Positions 46,987-63,205 of a stretch of 64,000 nucleotides of DNA are shown here, piece after piece (position 1 is the first letter of the stretch; every line of letters starts with the position of its first letter). Below the pieces are notes generated by a model. That model made no database searches. It was given only the letters and a program-made list of their open reading frames with translations, and was not told the DNA's origin. This DNA comes from Eledone cirrhosa. Its lineage: Eukaryota. The position numbers were made by a program, and so were the translations under genes. The stretch covers positions 258,850,001 through 258,914,000 of the forward strand of contig OZ024742.1 in assembly GCA_964016885.1 (NCBI GenBank). Direction: 5' to 3'.

Positions 46987-48650
46987 TAGCAGAGTTACCC
47001 GGCGTTGCTCGGGTATTAAATAGCAGTTGTGTATACCGTTTATCTCAATATTTCAGTGCTGCGTTGAAAGCTATACTTTTACAAAATCATCGGGTTATTC
47101 CAAAAGGGGGTTCCTGCCCCCAGCGGTCCCCCACTCAATATGTGCCAATTCTGAGAGTTCACATTCATCTGTAGAACAAATGTAGCCCATGTGTCAAGTT
47201 TTGTGAAAATCGGTTGCGAACTCCAGAAGTTATGACGTTTTGTTGCATTGCACTGCAGTGCTTCAGTCGACTCCAAGGAAGCGGTTGAAGGGGGTTATCT
47301 GCCGGGAGGCCCTATAATCAATATCTGGAAAAATGAAAGTGCCCATGAAAGTGCCCATCCGGAGTACATAAGTAGCCTATGTCTTAAGTTTGGTGAAAAT
47401 TCTGTAGAAATGCATAAGGTTTATAAATACGCGCGCGCGTGTGTGTCTGTTTGGGTGTGGGGGGATGAATTTGTGTGTGCGTATGTATGTGTATGTCCGT
47501 CGGGGCATACGTATGTACTGGCCTAAATCTTCACTATTTACTTTTACTATTTTAATAAACTCTGTCATTTTCGTTTTCAATTTTATTTACATCATTTTTA
47601 AACTCTGGGGCTGGAAATCATTCGGTTATTTTAAATAGAATATTAGTCTAACGACTCCATTTATACCATAAACTTGGTCTCGTCTTTGCATGAAATTGTT
47701 CTTGTCGGTCCACATGACGACGTATTATCCTCGCTTTTTTCCGTTCATTGCCAGGGAACGTCTTCACGAACCAAAATATCGTCTTCCTGTTTTCCTTCGG
47801 TTGCAACGGTTTTCGAAATATTTACTTTCTGAGTTCACAGATTAAATTTTTTAGTTTCAGAAGATCCCGTTAATGTTGAAAGCAGCGATTCTTTGCTTAA
47901 ACTTGAATCGGTTTTTACACGCACACACACACACACATATATATATTTTTTTGTAGATATATTTTTATGTGTATTTGGTGTATACATTCGTATGCGTGCG
48001 GGTACAGGCGTTGCCTGAGTTCTGTATGTGCGTGCGTTTTTTTTTTGTTTTTTTTTTGTGTACATGCGTGTATTTGTATACCTATGCGGAGTGTTTTCGT
48101 GTATGCTTGTCTATGTACGTATATGGATGCGTGTATGTATTTATTTAATTTAAATTACCTCTGTATTTTATTTACTTTATTCTTAACTCTGAAGCCGAGA
48201 ATCATTCGGTTTCCTAGTTAGAATTTTAGTCTACGACTTCAGCTATACCATTTACGTGGTTTTGTCTATGCGTGCAATTGTTCGCCCGGTTCCACATATG
48301 ACGTATTATCTTCGTTTTTTCCGTTCATTGCCAGAGAACGTCTCTATGAACCACCTAAGAGAACATTAGTCTACTACCTCTTTTATACCCTAAACGTGGT
48401 TTTGTCTTTGCGTGTAATTGTTTTTCACCGCTCCAAATAATGACGTATTATATTCGTTTTTTCCCGTTCTTTGCCAAGGAACTTTTCCACGAACCAAAGT
48501 ATCGTCTTCCTGTCTTCCTCCGGTTGCAACGTTTTTTGAAATATTCACTTCTGCGTTCACAGATTGACTTTGTTAGTTTTAGAAGATCCCGTTAAGGGTG
48601 AAAGCAGCGATTCTTTGCTTAAACTTTAATCTGTTTTTTAATAAATTAAT
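46986..48650 (-). mobile_element. Helitron-like element with internal tandem blocks (~47642, 48225, 48366)
   Basis: A|CTAGcagagtta cccggcgttgctcggg = minus-strand 3' hairpin + CTAG; repeated ttagtcta..gacgtattatc...ccgttcattgccag..gaacc; right boundary uncertain. Confidence 0.65.
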
Positions 48651-48670
48651 AAATATAAATATATATATAT

Positions 48671-48746
<76 letters not shown>

Positions 48747-49051
48747 TCTGTACGGCTTTTGAAGGAAGGAGTGACCAAAAGTACGTTGTTCGGTATTATT
48801 ACGAAAAGTTGTAGCAAAGAATCCCGCGTGAACTAACAGCTCGGGAGGAAAATGCTTACCTCGAAGATTCATTCGCCATCGTTCTTGTCAACGCTCGGTT
48901 TACTTGGTATTTGTTGGTCTACAGTTAGATGAAGGGCGCACAAAGGGATAATTTTTATTGGCAAGAAGTCTTTTGAATAATAAAAGACGGGTTAAAGCGT
49001 CCTACAATGTATCTGTGTGTATATATTTATATATATATATATATATATATG

Positions 49052-49148
<97 letters not shown>

Positions 49149-49149
<1 letters not shown>

Positions 49150-49727
49150 ATTAGTACATCTACCAACATATGTGTACAGATGTACACCCATGCTAGCAAA
49201 TATATATGTTATGTCTTAGCACCTTTGTGGTTCTATGCAGGGGGATGCAGAACAATTATATGAAAGACGTAAAATAAGAAAATTTTAAAAATTAAAAATC
49301 AACTTACTTACTAAAATGTTCACTCCATTTGTAGAGCAAAACTTCCCAAATTTTACTGCTGATTCAAGGTAGTAGTAGGCTCTTCTCATAATACGACCCC
49401 GCTGCTAACTGATTAACCTCAGTGTCACGTGATTGATTCTTTAGAATCTACCACTGACCAGAGGCAGTGAATTTTTTCAGTGCTCTGGAATTTAGTCCTC
49501 GCTAGCTTTATTCCATCCACTGAATTATTATTTTTATATGGGTTCCTAGTGTCCGCGCATCGCCTGGGAACTTAGCTGAGAATAGACTCCCTGATGACGT
49601 AAGGAATTCTCTATAGTTATATTACGTAACTATATTTATCCCCTTACAGAAACTAATTAGTTGGAGTGAAAATTTTAGTAAGTTTATTTTTAATTTTTAA
49701 AATGTTCTTATTTTACGTCTTTCATAT
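49149..49727. mobile_element. Family Y diverged copy: minus-strand tail segment (49149-49327) joined to a plus-strand body
   Basis: Alignable to 44377-45327; inverted tatgaaagacgtaaaataagaa / ttcttattttacgtctttcata. Confidence 0.8.
49586..49667 (+). ncRNA. Family Y hammerhead, second variant
   Basis: ACTCC-CTGATGA-cGTAAGG...CCTTACa-GAAAC TAATTA GTT-GGAGT. Confidence 0.82.
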
Positions 49728-49943
49728 ATATATAAATATGTGTGTGTGTCTGTGTATGTATGCACATATATATATGTTGTGTGTATGTATTTATGTATGT
49801 ATATATATATATATATATATAAATATATATGTGTGTGTGTATATATACATATATTTTTATGTGTATATTTATATATGTGTATATCTATATATGTGTATAT
49901 GTGATTTTATATGTATATATATATATATATATATGTATATGTG

Positions 49944-50143
49944 NNNNNNNNNNNNNNNNNNNNNNNNNNNNNNNNNNNNNNNNNNNNNNNNNNNNNNNNN
50001 NNNNNNNNNNNNNNNNNNNNNNNNNNNNNNNNNNNNNNNNNNNNNNNNNNNNNNNNNNNNNNNNNNNNNNNNNNNNNNNNNNNNNNNNNNNNNNNNNNNN
50101 NNNNNNNNNNNNNNNNNNNNNNNNNNNNNNNNNNNNNNNNNNN
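49944..50143. other. Assembly gap (200 N)
   Basis: Run of N. Confidence 0.99.
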
Positions 50144-51470
50144 CCTATTTTAATTGCAACTACATTGTGCAACCCTCTCTACGTGACAATATTTAGTCCG
50201 CCATTATAGCCATCAGATACTTCGACATAGTCAAAATGTGACTCTCTCGTCACCACACGTTAATAGCCAATTTCTCCCCACCTCTACAACTAGATTAGCT
50301 AAAAACAACAAGAAAATATTTCAATCATTAACACACACCATGACACCACAATTAATATCACTGTAAAACATCATAACTTCTACACAGCATTAATGCTGAG
50401 ACATACCACCATATCATAAATATGAGCACTACTATTAATATACATCACAACGCCCACAAGCTTTACCATTATATAACACCGCCATAGCACCAGTACTACT
50501 TCTAAGAAACTCTACAATTAATTGATAATAAAACACCATTAGCAATACGACTATGATACATCAGAAAACCGCCATCAATGTCATTATGACACATCACAAA
50601 ACCACCAGCACTACGAGTAAGACACAACATAACACCGACTTTAATAGCACAATTAGGACACATCACAGCACCAAATGAAACATCATCGCTAAGCATTAAT
50701 ACTAAGACACGCCACCAGATCATAAATATCAGCTCATGTAGAAGACACATCCAAACAATATAAGCAATGTGACTGAGACATATCATAACACTTTCAATTA
50801 TGACAAATAACGAACACCTATCGCAATACCAACTATTTAAACAAATCACAACACTAACTAGCATACCCAAAGGTGTCATCACAACACCGAATTCACAAGA
50901 TCTAAGACACATCATAATTGTCAGTATCAGCACAAACACTACGACACATAATATTATCCACGAGACAAACATTATATAGCCTTATAAAACACCTAAATTA
51001 TGACAACTTCAAAAACGACAAAGAAAACGACAACGAATCAACTACGATCCATCTACATATTCATTTCACAAGCTGGAAATAGCTGCTAAATCACCTCCAA
51101 ATCACAACTTAATGTGTTTGGAAAAAAAAAATGATTGGATGATGGAGTCGGTGAACATACACACATACACACATACACACGATTGACCAATCAAAGCCCA
51201 CCTTGGTCTAAAAAACAAGAGAACTAGAAAGCTACAAAGACAATAACAATAACAAAACCAAAAAGGACATCAATAATAATAATACCACCATTTTCACACT
51301 AACTAACAACATGAGCACAGGAAATACAAATTTAAATTTAACACTGATTGCACATTGTACTAAACAATAAGCTCACACGCACATGCACCATCATCACCAT
51401 CATCATCATCAGCGCCAGCAATAGGGCAGCATATACGCTTGTATGTAGGTGTGTATGTTAGTGTGCATTT

Positions 51471-51513
<43 letters not shown>

Positions 51514-51649
51514 CACGCGCACATAAATATGTGTGTGTGTGTGCGTGTTTGATTGATACTCATTAACAATCCATTGAATTATATGCTATATGAACAAATA
51601 TATGATTCAATATAAAATGTGGTTATATATATATTTATATATATATATA

Positions 51650-51826
51650 TAGCTTGTTATAGTAAGAAACTGGTTACACCGTTTCTCCCCAGAGTACTCG
51701 ATACTTGGGGTAGAAGAGTATGGTTATATGAATGAATCAGGGCCCCAACGGCTGAGCACTTGCCGTTTCAACAGCTAGCTGGAACTAGCTGTTGAACCGG
51801 CAAGAGTTCACCCGTCGGGGTTCTGA

Positions 51827-51829
<3 letters not shown>
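51650..51829 (-). mobile_element. Family X relative, foldback centred in stem II
   Basis: ccagagtactcgatacttggggtag...ccccaacggctgagcacttgccgtttcaacagctag-ctggaa-ctagctgttgaaccggcaag. Confidence 0.65.
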
Positions 51830-52242
<413 letters not shown>

Positions 52243-52565
52243 TATATATTATAAATCCATATATATATAATTAAATATATATATCTATACGTGTTTAAAT
52301 ATATATTCAGTTCCTTACCTTATATGAGAGCTATAAAGTTTCATCAAAGCGGGTTGCTAGGTTTGCTAATCTTCAATTGAGAGCTGCCTCCCATATATAT
52401 TGCTCTATTACTGTATTGCGTGTTCCAACCGACAGGCTGAGGCCATGCTGGGGTTGTATGTATGTGTGTACGTGCGTTAACATAAAGGTTGCCCATAACA
52501 GGAATATACTTGCTCAGTATTTAGGTGCATACACATAAACACATACTCACACATACACACACACA

Positions 52566-52654
<89 letters not shown>

Positions 52655-52689
52655 CAGAGAAACAGATAGACAAAGATACATAAGGTAGG

Positions 52690-52728
<39 letters not shown>

Positions 52729-52942
52729 GGAGATGGAAAAAACCAGACTGACAGACACTGAAAGACAGAGAGAACATTATGTATAGATTGATTAATCGAT
52801 TGTTCGATAGGTACCTTGAATGACAGGTGGATAGAAAAGTAAGCTGCATGATATTATATTCAGAGATATGGGCGCATATCTAACCATTATAGAAACTGGA
52901 GAGGTATACACAAACATAGAAAACATATGTATAAGAAATGTT

Positions 52943-52976
<34 letters not shown>

Positions 52977-52977
52977 A

Positions 52978-53113
<136 letters not shown>

Positions 53114-53163
53114 GTACATACACATATATATATATGTACATAGATATATATGTACATAGATAC

Positions 53164-53225
<62 letters not shown>

Positions 53226-53326
53226 TCTACTTTTGGCACAAGGCCAGCAATCAACCAGTACATTACTGGTACTATATTATATCGTTCTCCGTAAGGATGA
53301 AAGGCAAAGTTAACCTCGGCGGGATT

Positions 53327-53365
<39 letters not shown>

Positions 53366-53382
53366 ATAGATAAATAGATATC

Positions 53383-53441
<59 letters not shown>

Positions 53442-53655
53442 GTGTGTGTGTATGCGTGTGTGTGTGTGTGTTTAGATATTTATTTGAATTGTTGTGCAAT
53501 CATATTAGCAGAGTAGTGTGCGAACGAGTTTGTGAAAATGTGTGCGCGTTTGTATGCGTGTATGCAAGTATCTATCTATCATTCTATCTATCACTCACTC
53601 TCTCTCTCTCACTCTCTCTCTCTCGCTCTTTCTCCCTCACGCCCCCCTCCACATA

Positions 53656-53694
<39 letters not shown>

Positions 53695-54821
53695 TGTGTG
53701 TGTGTGTGTGTATATGCGTGTAGATTCCCTCATACATACACACGTATGTATAAAGCGAGAGACAGGGATAGGTGCAAGTAATGACGAAAAGGATAGAAAG
53801 AAGGAAAGGGGGGGGGAGATACCGAAGATACCTAGTCAGATGCAGTGTGCAGGAAAATACACATGTGTTAAAAACGAAATGCTTCATGTCAATGGACGTT
53901 CTGAGTTCAAATCATGTGGAGGTCGATATTGCCTCTCGTCACTGAGGGGGCGATACGACCGATATAATCGACTTTTCACTCCCCACCCTCCGAAAATGCT
54001 TACCTTGTGCCTATATGAGAAACTATTATTTTTCTTATTACTATCATTATTATCATTATTATTATTCACTGGTTTGGCAGTAAACGGTAGAGCGTCAGAT
54101 ACAATACTTTGCAGCATAGAGTTATGGCCATTTACGTTCTGGGTCCAAATCCCGCCGAGGTTACGTTTGCCTTTCATCCTTACGGAGGACGATATAATAA
54201 AGTACCAGTAGTGCACTTGGGATAATTGATAGCCTTGTGCCCAAAGTAGAAACAATTATTTCTATTATTATTATCATGATGTCGGAGCTGGTGGCTTAGC
54301 AGAATCGTTAGCATGTCGGACAAAATATTTTTGCTGTATTTAGTTACCGTCATTTGCCTTCTGAGTTCGAGTTCCGTTGATGTCAGATTTTCATCTCGTT
54401 GTTACAGGTTTGATAAAATGTCATCAGTTAAGTATAGGAATCAATGTATTACATTATATTTCTCCCCACCAATATTGTCGTCTTGTACCATAATTTACAA
54501 AGCATTATTGAAAGTTGTCACAAGATCTGAAAGTAATATGAACTAAGCGTGTACCAGTTACTTACCATTACGGGGTCGATAAAATAAAGTACCAGTAATG
54601 TACTGGAAAATTTGCTGACCTTGTGCCTAAAAATAGAAACATTTATTCTACAACTAGAAGAGAATACTAATATTGCCACTATTAGCACCAGGTGCAGGCA
54701 TGGAAACTATTCTCTCATTATCAAACACACTCACACACTCCCTGTATATCTCTCTCTCTCATCATCCCTCTCACTAACTAAATTGCATCCTCCCTGCTAA
54801 ATATATGTATCTCTCCAAAAC

Positions 54822-54869
<48 letters not shown>

Positions 54870-55141
54870 GGTTAACGAACATGAGCAATAGGCGTTCATA
54901 AGGTTTGTAAAAAAATGCCTTGAAATCTCCCCATAACCACACTACATTGCATGTAAAGAAACATACGTTAGATAAAGTAGAGCTTGATGTACAAAATGAT
55001 GTTCAAAATAGTTTACATGATGGTCACAACTGGAAGGGCTACAATATAAGGTCGACTTGATTAGGAATATTCTTATGCCAGGTGTCTACAAATATGCCAC
55101 GGACACACGTAATCAGACATTTGTGTATGTGTATGTGTATG

Positions 55142-55275
<134 letters not shown>

Positions 55276-55554
55276 TATATATATATATATGTATTAATAT
55301 ATATATATATATGTATATATATGTGTATATATATATATGTGTGTGTATATATATATGTATATATATATATATATATACATATATATGCGTATATATATAT
55401 GTGTATATATATATGTGTATATATATATGTGTGTGTATATATATATATGTGTGTATATATGTGTATGTATAAAAAAAAAAAAGGATCGATCGACTTTCGT
55501 CAAATCGGACCGAGGAAACAATGTTTCTGTCGGTCTTTCCAGTTGCTAGTACTA

Positions 55555-55701
55555 TCTATCGGTCGCAACTCCAGGTAGAAGGAACAACGTGGAAAAAAGT
55601 GTCTTGCCCAAGGACATAACCCATCGCCCGGTCCACGAATCGAACTCACAACCTCAACAACCTCAAGATTGTGAATCCAATTCTCTAACCACTCAGCCAT
55701 A
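55555..55701 (-). mobile_element. tRNA-derived SINE, family B
   Basis: Minus strand: TGGCTGAGTGG A-box, GAGTTCGATTC B-box, then tgtccttgggcaagacac. Confidence 0.75.
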
Positions 55702-55737
55702 TGTGTATGTATATGTATATATATATATGTGTATATA

Positions 55738-55787
<50 letters not shown>

Positions 55788-55939
55788 CGCGTGTGAGTGT
55801 GTGTGCGTGCGCGCGCGCATATTATTGTATATGTGTACGCATATATATATATTTCTTTGGAATGAATCAGTTCTAGCTCTGTATAAGATATTTCTATATT
55901 AAATTTCTATAATCTACAATGTATTGAGTACCTTACTTA

Positions 55940-56020
<81 letters not shown>

Positions 56021-56219
56021 TATATACATTTCATTTATATGTGTCTATGTTTTTATGTAAATATGTATTGTATGTGTATTCGAAACCCAATGATTTGCAC
56101 CCATATGTAACATCCACATATCACACACATCTGAGCACACACGCACAAAGGGAGTTATACGTACGACTCTGTATATGTCAAATGAATAAAATGACATTTA
56201 TATTATTACTATACTTTTA

Positions 56220-56263
<44 letters not shown>

Positions 56264-56328
56264 ATATGTAAATATATACATATATGTATATATATATATA
56301 TATATATATGTGTGTATATGTATATATG

Positions 56329-56370
<42 letters not shown>

Positions 56371-56374
56371 TCTG

Positions 56375-56416
<42 letters not shown>

Positions 56417-56530
56417 ATGAATTTGTATATCTACCAACATATATATACAGATGTATACCTATGCTAGCAAATATATAGGTTTTGTCTTAGTAACTGTGTG
56501 GTTCAATGCAAGGGGATGCAGAACAATTAT
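56417..56530 (-). mobile_element. Family Y 3' tail only, embedded in (TA)n
   Basis: atgctagcaaatatataggttttgtctta...tgtggttcaatgca...gcagaacaat matches 44427-44495. Confidence 0.75.
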
Positions 56531-56550
56531 ATATATATATATATATATAT

Positions 56551-56780
56551 GTCACCCTGATCATCTTGACCGACCAGTCTGTCGTGCTGTTTTAGCCATA
56601 AGATGACGCCATCCCACTGGCTAGGCGGGCAGGCCGGTACTCATTTCTACAGCTGAGTGAACTGGAGCAACGTGAAATAAAGTGTCTTGCTCAAGGAAAC
56701 AACACCACACCCGGTCCGAGAATTGAACTCACAACCATTCGATTGCAAGCCCAATGCTGTAACCACTAAATCATGCGCCT

Positions 56781-56784
<4 letters not shown>
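56551..56784 (-). mobile_element. tRNA-derived SINE, family B (degraded relative at ~15910-16200, +)
   Basis: Minus strand: gaaggcgcatgatttagtggtta...gagttcaattc...ccttgagcaagacactttatttcacgttgctccagttcactcagctg. Confidence 0.78.
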
Positions 56785-56815
<31 letters not shown>

Positions 56816-56816
56816 G

Positions 56817-56904
<88 letters not shown>

Positions 56905-57150
56905 TGTATGTATGTATCTCCATACATCTACATAAACATGTATGAATACATACTCTTTTACTATTTTACCTGTTCCAGCGACCCGACTGAGGCCATGATG
57001 GAGCACATATATATATATAAACAATTCCACGCATATATTTACACAAATACGTATACATACACATATATGTATATATACATATACATATACATCGTATACA
57101 TATATATATGAATATATTTATTTAAATATAAGCACACCAACTCACACACT

Positions 57151-57239
<89 letters not shown>

Positions 57240-57342
57240 CCATACATATTCTTATATACATATTTATATTCATATATATGTATATATATATTCATATCTA
57301 TATCTATATATATATATATATCTATCTATATATATATATCTA

Positions 57343-57419
<77 letters not shown>

Positions 57420-57582
57420 ATACATATATACATCCATTCATATGTATATATATATATATATAAATGTAATTTGAGTCTTTCGAATACTATTAATATATTC
57501 CATTCGTTTGAAATTATGCAAATATGTCTCATTTTTAAAGCCATGTCAGTAGATTATATTTATTGTATTCAGCCATATATAC

Positions 57583-57707
<125 letters not shown>

Positions 57708-57736
57708 CATATATATATACACATATATATATATAC

Positions 57737-57876
<140 letters not shown>

Positions 57877-58037
57877 ATATATACATATTTATTGACCACC
57901 TTGATTATATCTTAACCATGTAATCTCAGGGTATGTCATGTATCATTATATTTTGTGTGAGGAGGACGTACTGTTATACATCCGAAATATGTATAATAAA
58001 TATTAATACTTATATAAATATTAATACTTATATTTTA

Positions 58038-58101
<64 letters not shown>

Positions 58102-59211
58102 ATTTGATAACTTTCGGTCAGTTTTGACCCACACCATGTCTAACTTGATTAATAACCCCACCGAAACTCACTCTTGTAAAGAATTATTATTTTCAGTGTC
58201 ATATCCGAGTGTATATGTTTTAACTGGGTTTTCTTAAATAATATGTGATCTGTTTCTGTCTGGATGTATTTACGTCTGGATATATTGGTGGGCAGATAAT
58301 ATGGGGATTGAAGCCTCGGTAGATCTTAATCATTGTTTTTTGAGCCAATCATTCGACCCAAAATGGAGTATTGAGACTGAAGCGCTCGACGTCATGTATA
58401 CCACAAGTGATCACCTATATGGTATCCAGCGGATATCAATATTAAGTAAATGTAGGGAGATGGTATTACATATTCAACATTCAACATTTTCTTCCGTGTT
58501 CAATATGTAATACTGCCTCCTTTACTTTTCGCAATATATATGTATATATATATATACAAACACACTTATAAATACATGTATATGTAGAAATATATATATG
58601 ATTATATATATATACGCGTGGGTGTATGTGGGTGTGTGTGTTGTGTGCGTGTATGCGTGTTTGTGTTTGTGTGTGTGTGTGTGTATAGGTGTATATGAAG
58701 ACATACATCAACATATATGTGAATATACAATAAACATATGGGTAGCCATATTTATTCGTAATGAAACGAAAACGAATCGAAATGAAACACATATATTTTT
58801 CTATGTCCCTCTATGAATATATCATAGAAATCCCAGTATATTCTGTGAGTATCAGACAACGCTGTTTCATGATTCGTTAATCTTTCATCATTGACACTTA
58901 CGCAGAACATAGTGGCATAGACTAGATAAGAGGAGGTGACCCAGCAAACGGCGGTGCCTCAGCATAGACTCAACTTCTCGGTTGGAACACGTAATAGAGG
59001 AATGGAATAATAGAGTAGCCTATATATTATTTTACGAGATGATCATCTGCTGTAGATGCTCATATGCATATAGCAAATAGAAAAACAAGTTGGAAGTGAT
59101 CATTTGCATATAGTGCAATGTCGGCTGTTTATATTGAATTGGCGGTAGCACTTAGAGACCCTTTAAACATAGTAATGCATACGAGGACAAATATAAACAT
59201 ATGTAGTAAGT

Positions 59212-59265
<54 letters not shown>

Positions 59266-61189
59266 GTGTGTGTGCACATGTGCGTATTTCTGTATGTGCA
59301 TATATGTATAAATGTATAAACATATATAAATATGTGTGAGTGTTTGGGGGGGGGGGGGGGGGGACTAGACTGAGTTATTGGCTCAACAGGTGTATAATGA
59401 AATTCTGATATTCTTAACAAAAAGAACATTCGTTTTAGGTTTTAAACATAGTAGAATTTCATGCCACATCTTGAGCGTTCTTTATCAAACTATACGTTGC
59501 CGTTGTTGTAATTTCCTTTGTCATTAAGTTTCCCCCAAAGATCAATAGAATTAGCGTTGAATTAGCGTGAGGACAATGGGATGGCTTTCTTGCGTAGGTG
59601 GTTAATAATTTGGCTAAACGCGTCAGCTATTGAGATTTGATTCGCAGCGTTAGATTTTGTGGTTTAATATAATCCTTTTATGTAGATACAACTAGACCGA
59701 ATGGTCAAAATATTAGCTTTGCCATCATTAGTTCCTGGGTTTGATCACACTTCGTGAATTCTTTGAAAACGTCTCCTACCATAATCTCCTGTTAAAACAT
59801 GCATTTTGAGTGAAATTGAGAGGACAGAAACTTTTGAAGCCATTCGTATGGGCAACAGAGAAAGAGAGAGATTAAGGAAAATTCAAACTGATATCTGCTT
59901 TAGGATATACCTAATCTATTTTCTCCAATTCATTTTAATGATATTTTTTTTTATATGGTCAACTAGAATGCTTTTTCCAATATCATCATCATTAGAGTGT
60001 TTCCGATGTTCGTGTAGGAGCATGCACAAAGGATATTTGCCATGTCCTAGTAATCAACAGTAGCAGGCATATTAGGTAGGATATGTGCCGGATTAAATAA
60101 CTTTAGCAAGTGCATTAGGTAAATAGTGTGTCGGATTAATCAACACATTAGATAAATAGTGATCCAGGTTGAACAAAATGCAGCATTTAGTTACCTGCAT
60201 TTACTGTTCTTAGTTTAAGTCTTGTGCAGATTGACTTTTAACTTTTCTCTAGCTTTCTTGCACTTTCTGAGTCAATCATAAGATAACAGCTGCCAATCAA
60301 TCACTAAGGGTCATTTTATTTATTAACGAGAACCTCCTTTCCGAATATATCTCAATGTTTTACCCTTTCCTTACCATATTTATAACGAAAGCTACTGTCT
60401 ATGACTTCACATCATTTTCAAAATACTCAACTATTTGCAGGGATTTAGTAATATAACTAAGATTCTCATTGGTGTTTGGAATATAACTTATGAACGCTTT
60501 CTTACAAAAAAAATTGGAAGCATTTTAGATGAATATAAACAATTTAAAACAAAATTATTTTATGTAATATTACCAGGAAGTATTTCAATAGATTTGCTTC
60601 CAAAAGTATTGACCCATTATTTTATATTCTTCTTGAAGCCACCTTATCTGGAAGATTCCAAAAATTATGATAATATGGTGTGGAATTTTATTATTTTTGC
60701 AATATGTCTCTCATTTTACCATGACCTCGCTGTTATATAATATTTAACTACCCCCTGTTCTCCTCCAAGTATAAAACGTATTCTCTCCTATATCTCTCTA
60801 TATGACTGCTAACAGGTATGTCGTCTTCCATATATATCTACTACCAGTTATATATGCTACCAGATTCATCTACTACCATGTATAACTGCTACCAGGTACA
60901 TCTGCTATCAGGTGTATATGCTTCCAGGTATGTCTGCTACAGTTATGTCAAACAATATAGCTCTGTATGTGAATATATCTTCTCACAACAGCTAAATATA
61001 TTGCTTCCATATTCAGCTTCTCTCAAACCACATCTCCTATTCCCATTCTAATTTCTATTCCATATATCACCCCCCCCCCCATTTTCTGTTTTGGTTTCCT
61101 GCCTTTTTATATTGGTATTCTCCCCCATAATGCACTCATTTATCTCTCTATCATTCACAGCTACATATATATTTATACAAGACCCCTCA

Positions 61190-61740
61190 TTAATCAACAC
61201 AGCATCTATTCCCTACCATATCAAACTTCTATCAATCAACACATTCTATCCCCTAAACCGCTTTACCGTAACAACTTCTATCAATCAACACACCAACTAT
61301 CCCCTAAACCACCCTACCATATCAATCAACACTTTATATTTCCTATACCAACCTACTATAACAACTTCTATCAATCAACACACCTTCTATCCCCTATACT
61401 ACCCTACCATAACAAGCTCTATCAAACAACACACAATGTTTCCAACACAATCACCCTACGACATCTACTTTCTATCAATCAACATACCATCTATCCCTCC
61501 CTATCCCCTTTACATATCTGCCTTCTATCAATTAACACATTCTATCCACTATGCCACCCTAACATATCCAACCGCTATCGATCAACACACCATCTGTCTA
61601 TATATCCCCCTTCCATATCAAACTTCTATCAACCAACACATCATCTATCCCTATATGCCCTACCATATCCAACTTCTATCAATCAACACAGCTATCCGTA
61701 TCCGTCTAACATATCTACTTTCTATCAACACCACTTCTAT
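61190..61740. repeat. Diverged ~49-bp minisatellite, about 11 units
   Basis: Recurrent acttctatcaatcaacac...ctatccc...ccctaccata; explains the SINQHT-repeat ORF. Confidence 0.85.
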
Positions 61741-62651
61741 TCCTTCACCCCCTACTTTTGGTGTTATTCTTGTACATCATTGTCTCTCTTCCACATCTTT
61801 ATCTGTCCCTATCAATCACTTCCACATTTATCATTTATTTCTACATTTAGCTTCTACAGAGAGCTTGCTTTGCTTGCATGCCTAAATTCTTTCGAGCGTA
61901 TCCTTTCCAACTACTACACATAGATAATGCAGTAGCTATATAGCTATATCGTTGTCTGCTGTCTTCCAATATATTCTTCTATATTCTATATTCGCAATAT
62001 CTCTACTTTTGCAACGTATCTCACACAAACCACTACCTATCATTTAGCTGTCAGAGTATTATCCCTCAGCCAATATGACAAACTGCTTCTCTAGCTTTGG
62101 TTGATATATATATGCATAGTAGCTTAGCTTATTTACTTGTCTTAGAAATATAGAGAGAGAAGGAAAAAGGACATTTTTTTGTATATCTACAGATATTTAT
62201 GTAATTATATAAATATATGATGACATAAACATATGGCTATATTATATGTAGATGATATATGAGTTAAACAATGTTTCACCATACATTTTATATTGTATTC
62301 GCTCACTCAAACACACACTCACGCACATATTACATACGCAACCACAACTCTTTATGCCAAAATATTTATGACATATTGTATATGTGTGTGTGTGATTGAG
62401 TGTGTTTATATTTATATACATACACATACCCAGGCGCGCCCACGCACACACACACACGAGTATATATATATGTATATATTTATATATATATATATGTATA
62501 TTTATATATATATATACATAAATATATATATGTATGTATATATAGAAACAGAGAGAAAAAGAGAGAGGAGGGGAGTTGAAATGTGTGTATGTATTTTTGT
62601 ATGTGCGCGTGCGGATTTAGATACAACAATAAAAAGTGCTCGTTATCAAAG

Positions 62652-62734
<83 letters not shown>

Positions 62735-62842
62735 TGTATTACTGAGCATACTCTACATTGCTACTCCGAGTTTTGTTGATTGCCGCTCTACACGGAGTCA
62801 GCAAAACACACAGTAGCAACAGGGTGTAAGCTCAGCAATATA
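62735..62842. repeat. Diverged ~50-bp inverted repeat next to (TA)n
   Basis: ctgagc..ttgctact..gttttgttgatt.ccg versus cgg.agtcagcaaaac..agtagcaa..gctcag. Confidence 0.6.
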
Positions 62843-63095
62843 ATATAATACATACACATATAAATACATATATCTATTCACAAACACACACACATATATA
62901 CATACATGTGTGTGTGTGTGTGTTTTCGATACCTTATATAGCGCCCTGCTATTCTGTAGGTCTATAGAGATCTTATAGTCGTAATACATGCCTCACTCAA
63001 CGTTGTTACTTTTATACCGCAGCTTGCAAAATCATTTGTTCATTTGGAGCGCAACTATCTTTCAAATATCTTCTAATATATGCACATACATGATA

Positions 63096-63205
<110 letters not shown>

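Noticed and set aside
47850-48645. (C/T)AGAAGA-TCCC gttaa GGGT-GAAAGC motif (also ~32880-32937, minus)
   Set aside because: Stems I and III and the cleavage triplet could not be closed
50144-51060. A/C-rich stretch with a 156-aa minus-strand ORF
   Set aside because: Low-complexity compositional bias; no clear period or domain
61091-61885. 264-aa ORF with SINQHT repeats
   Set aside because: Produced by a ~49-bp tandem repeat on a G-poor strand; no recognisable domain
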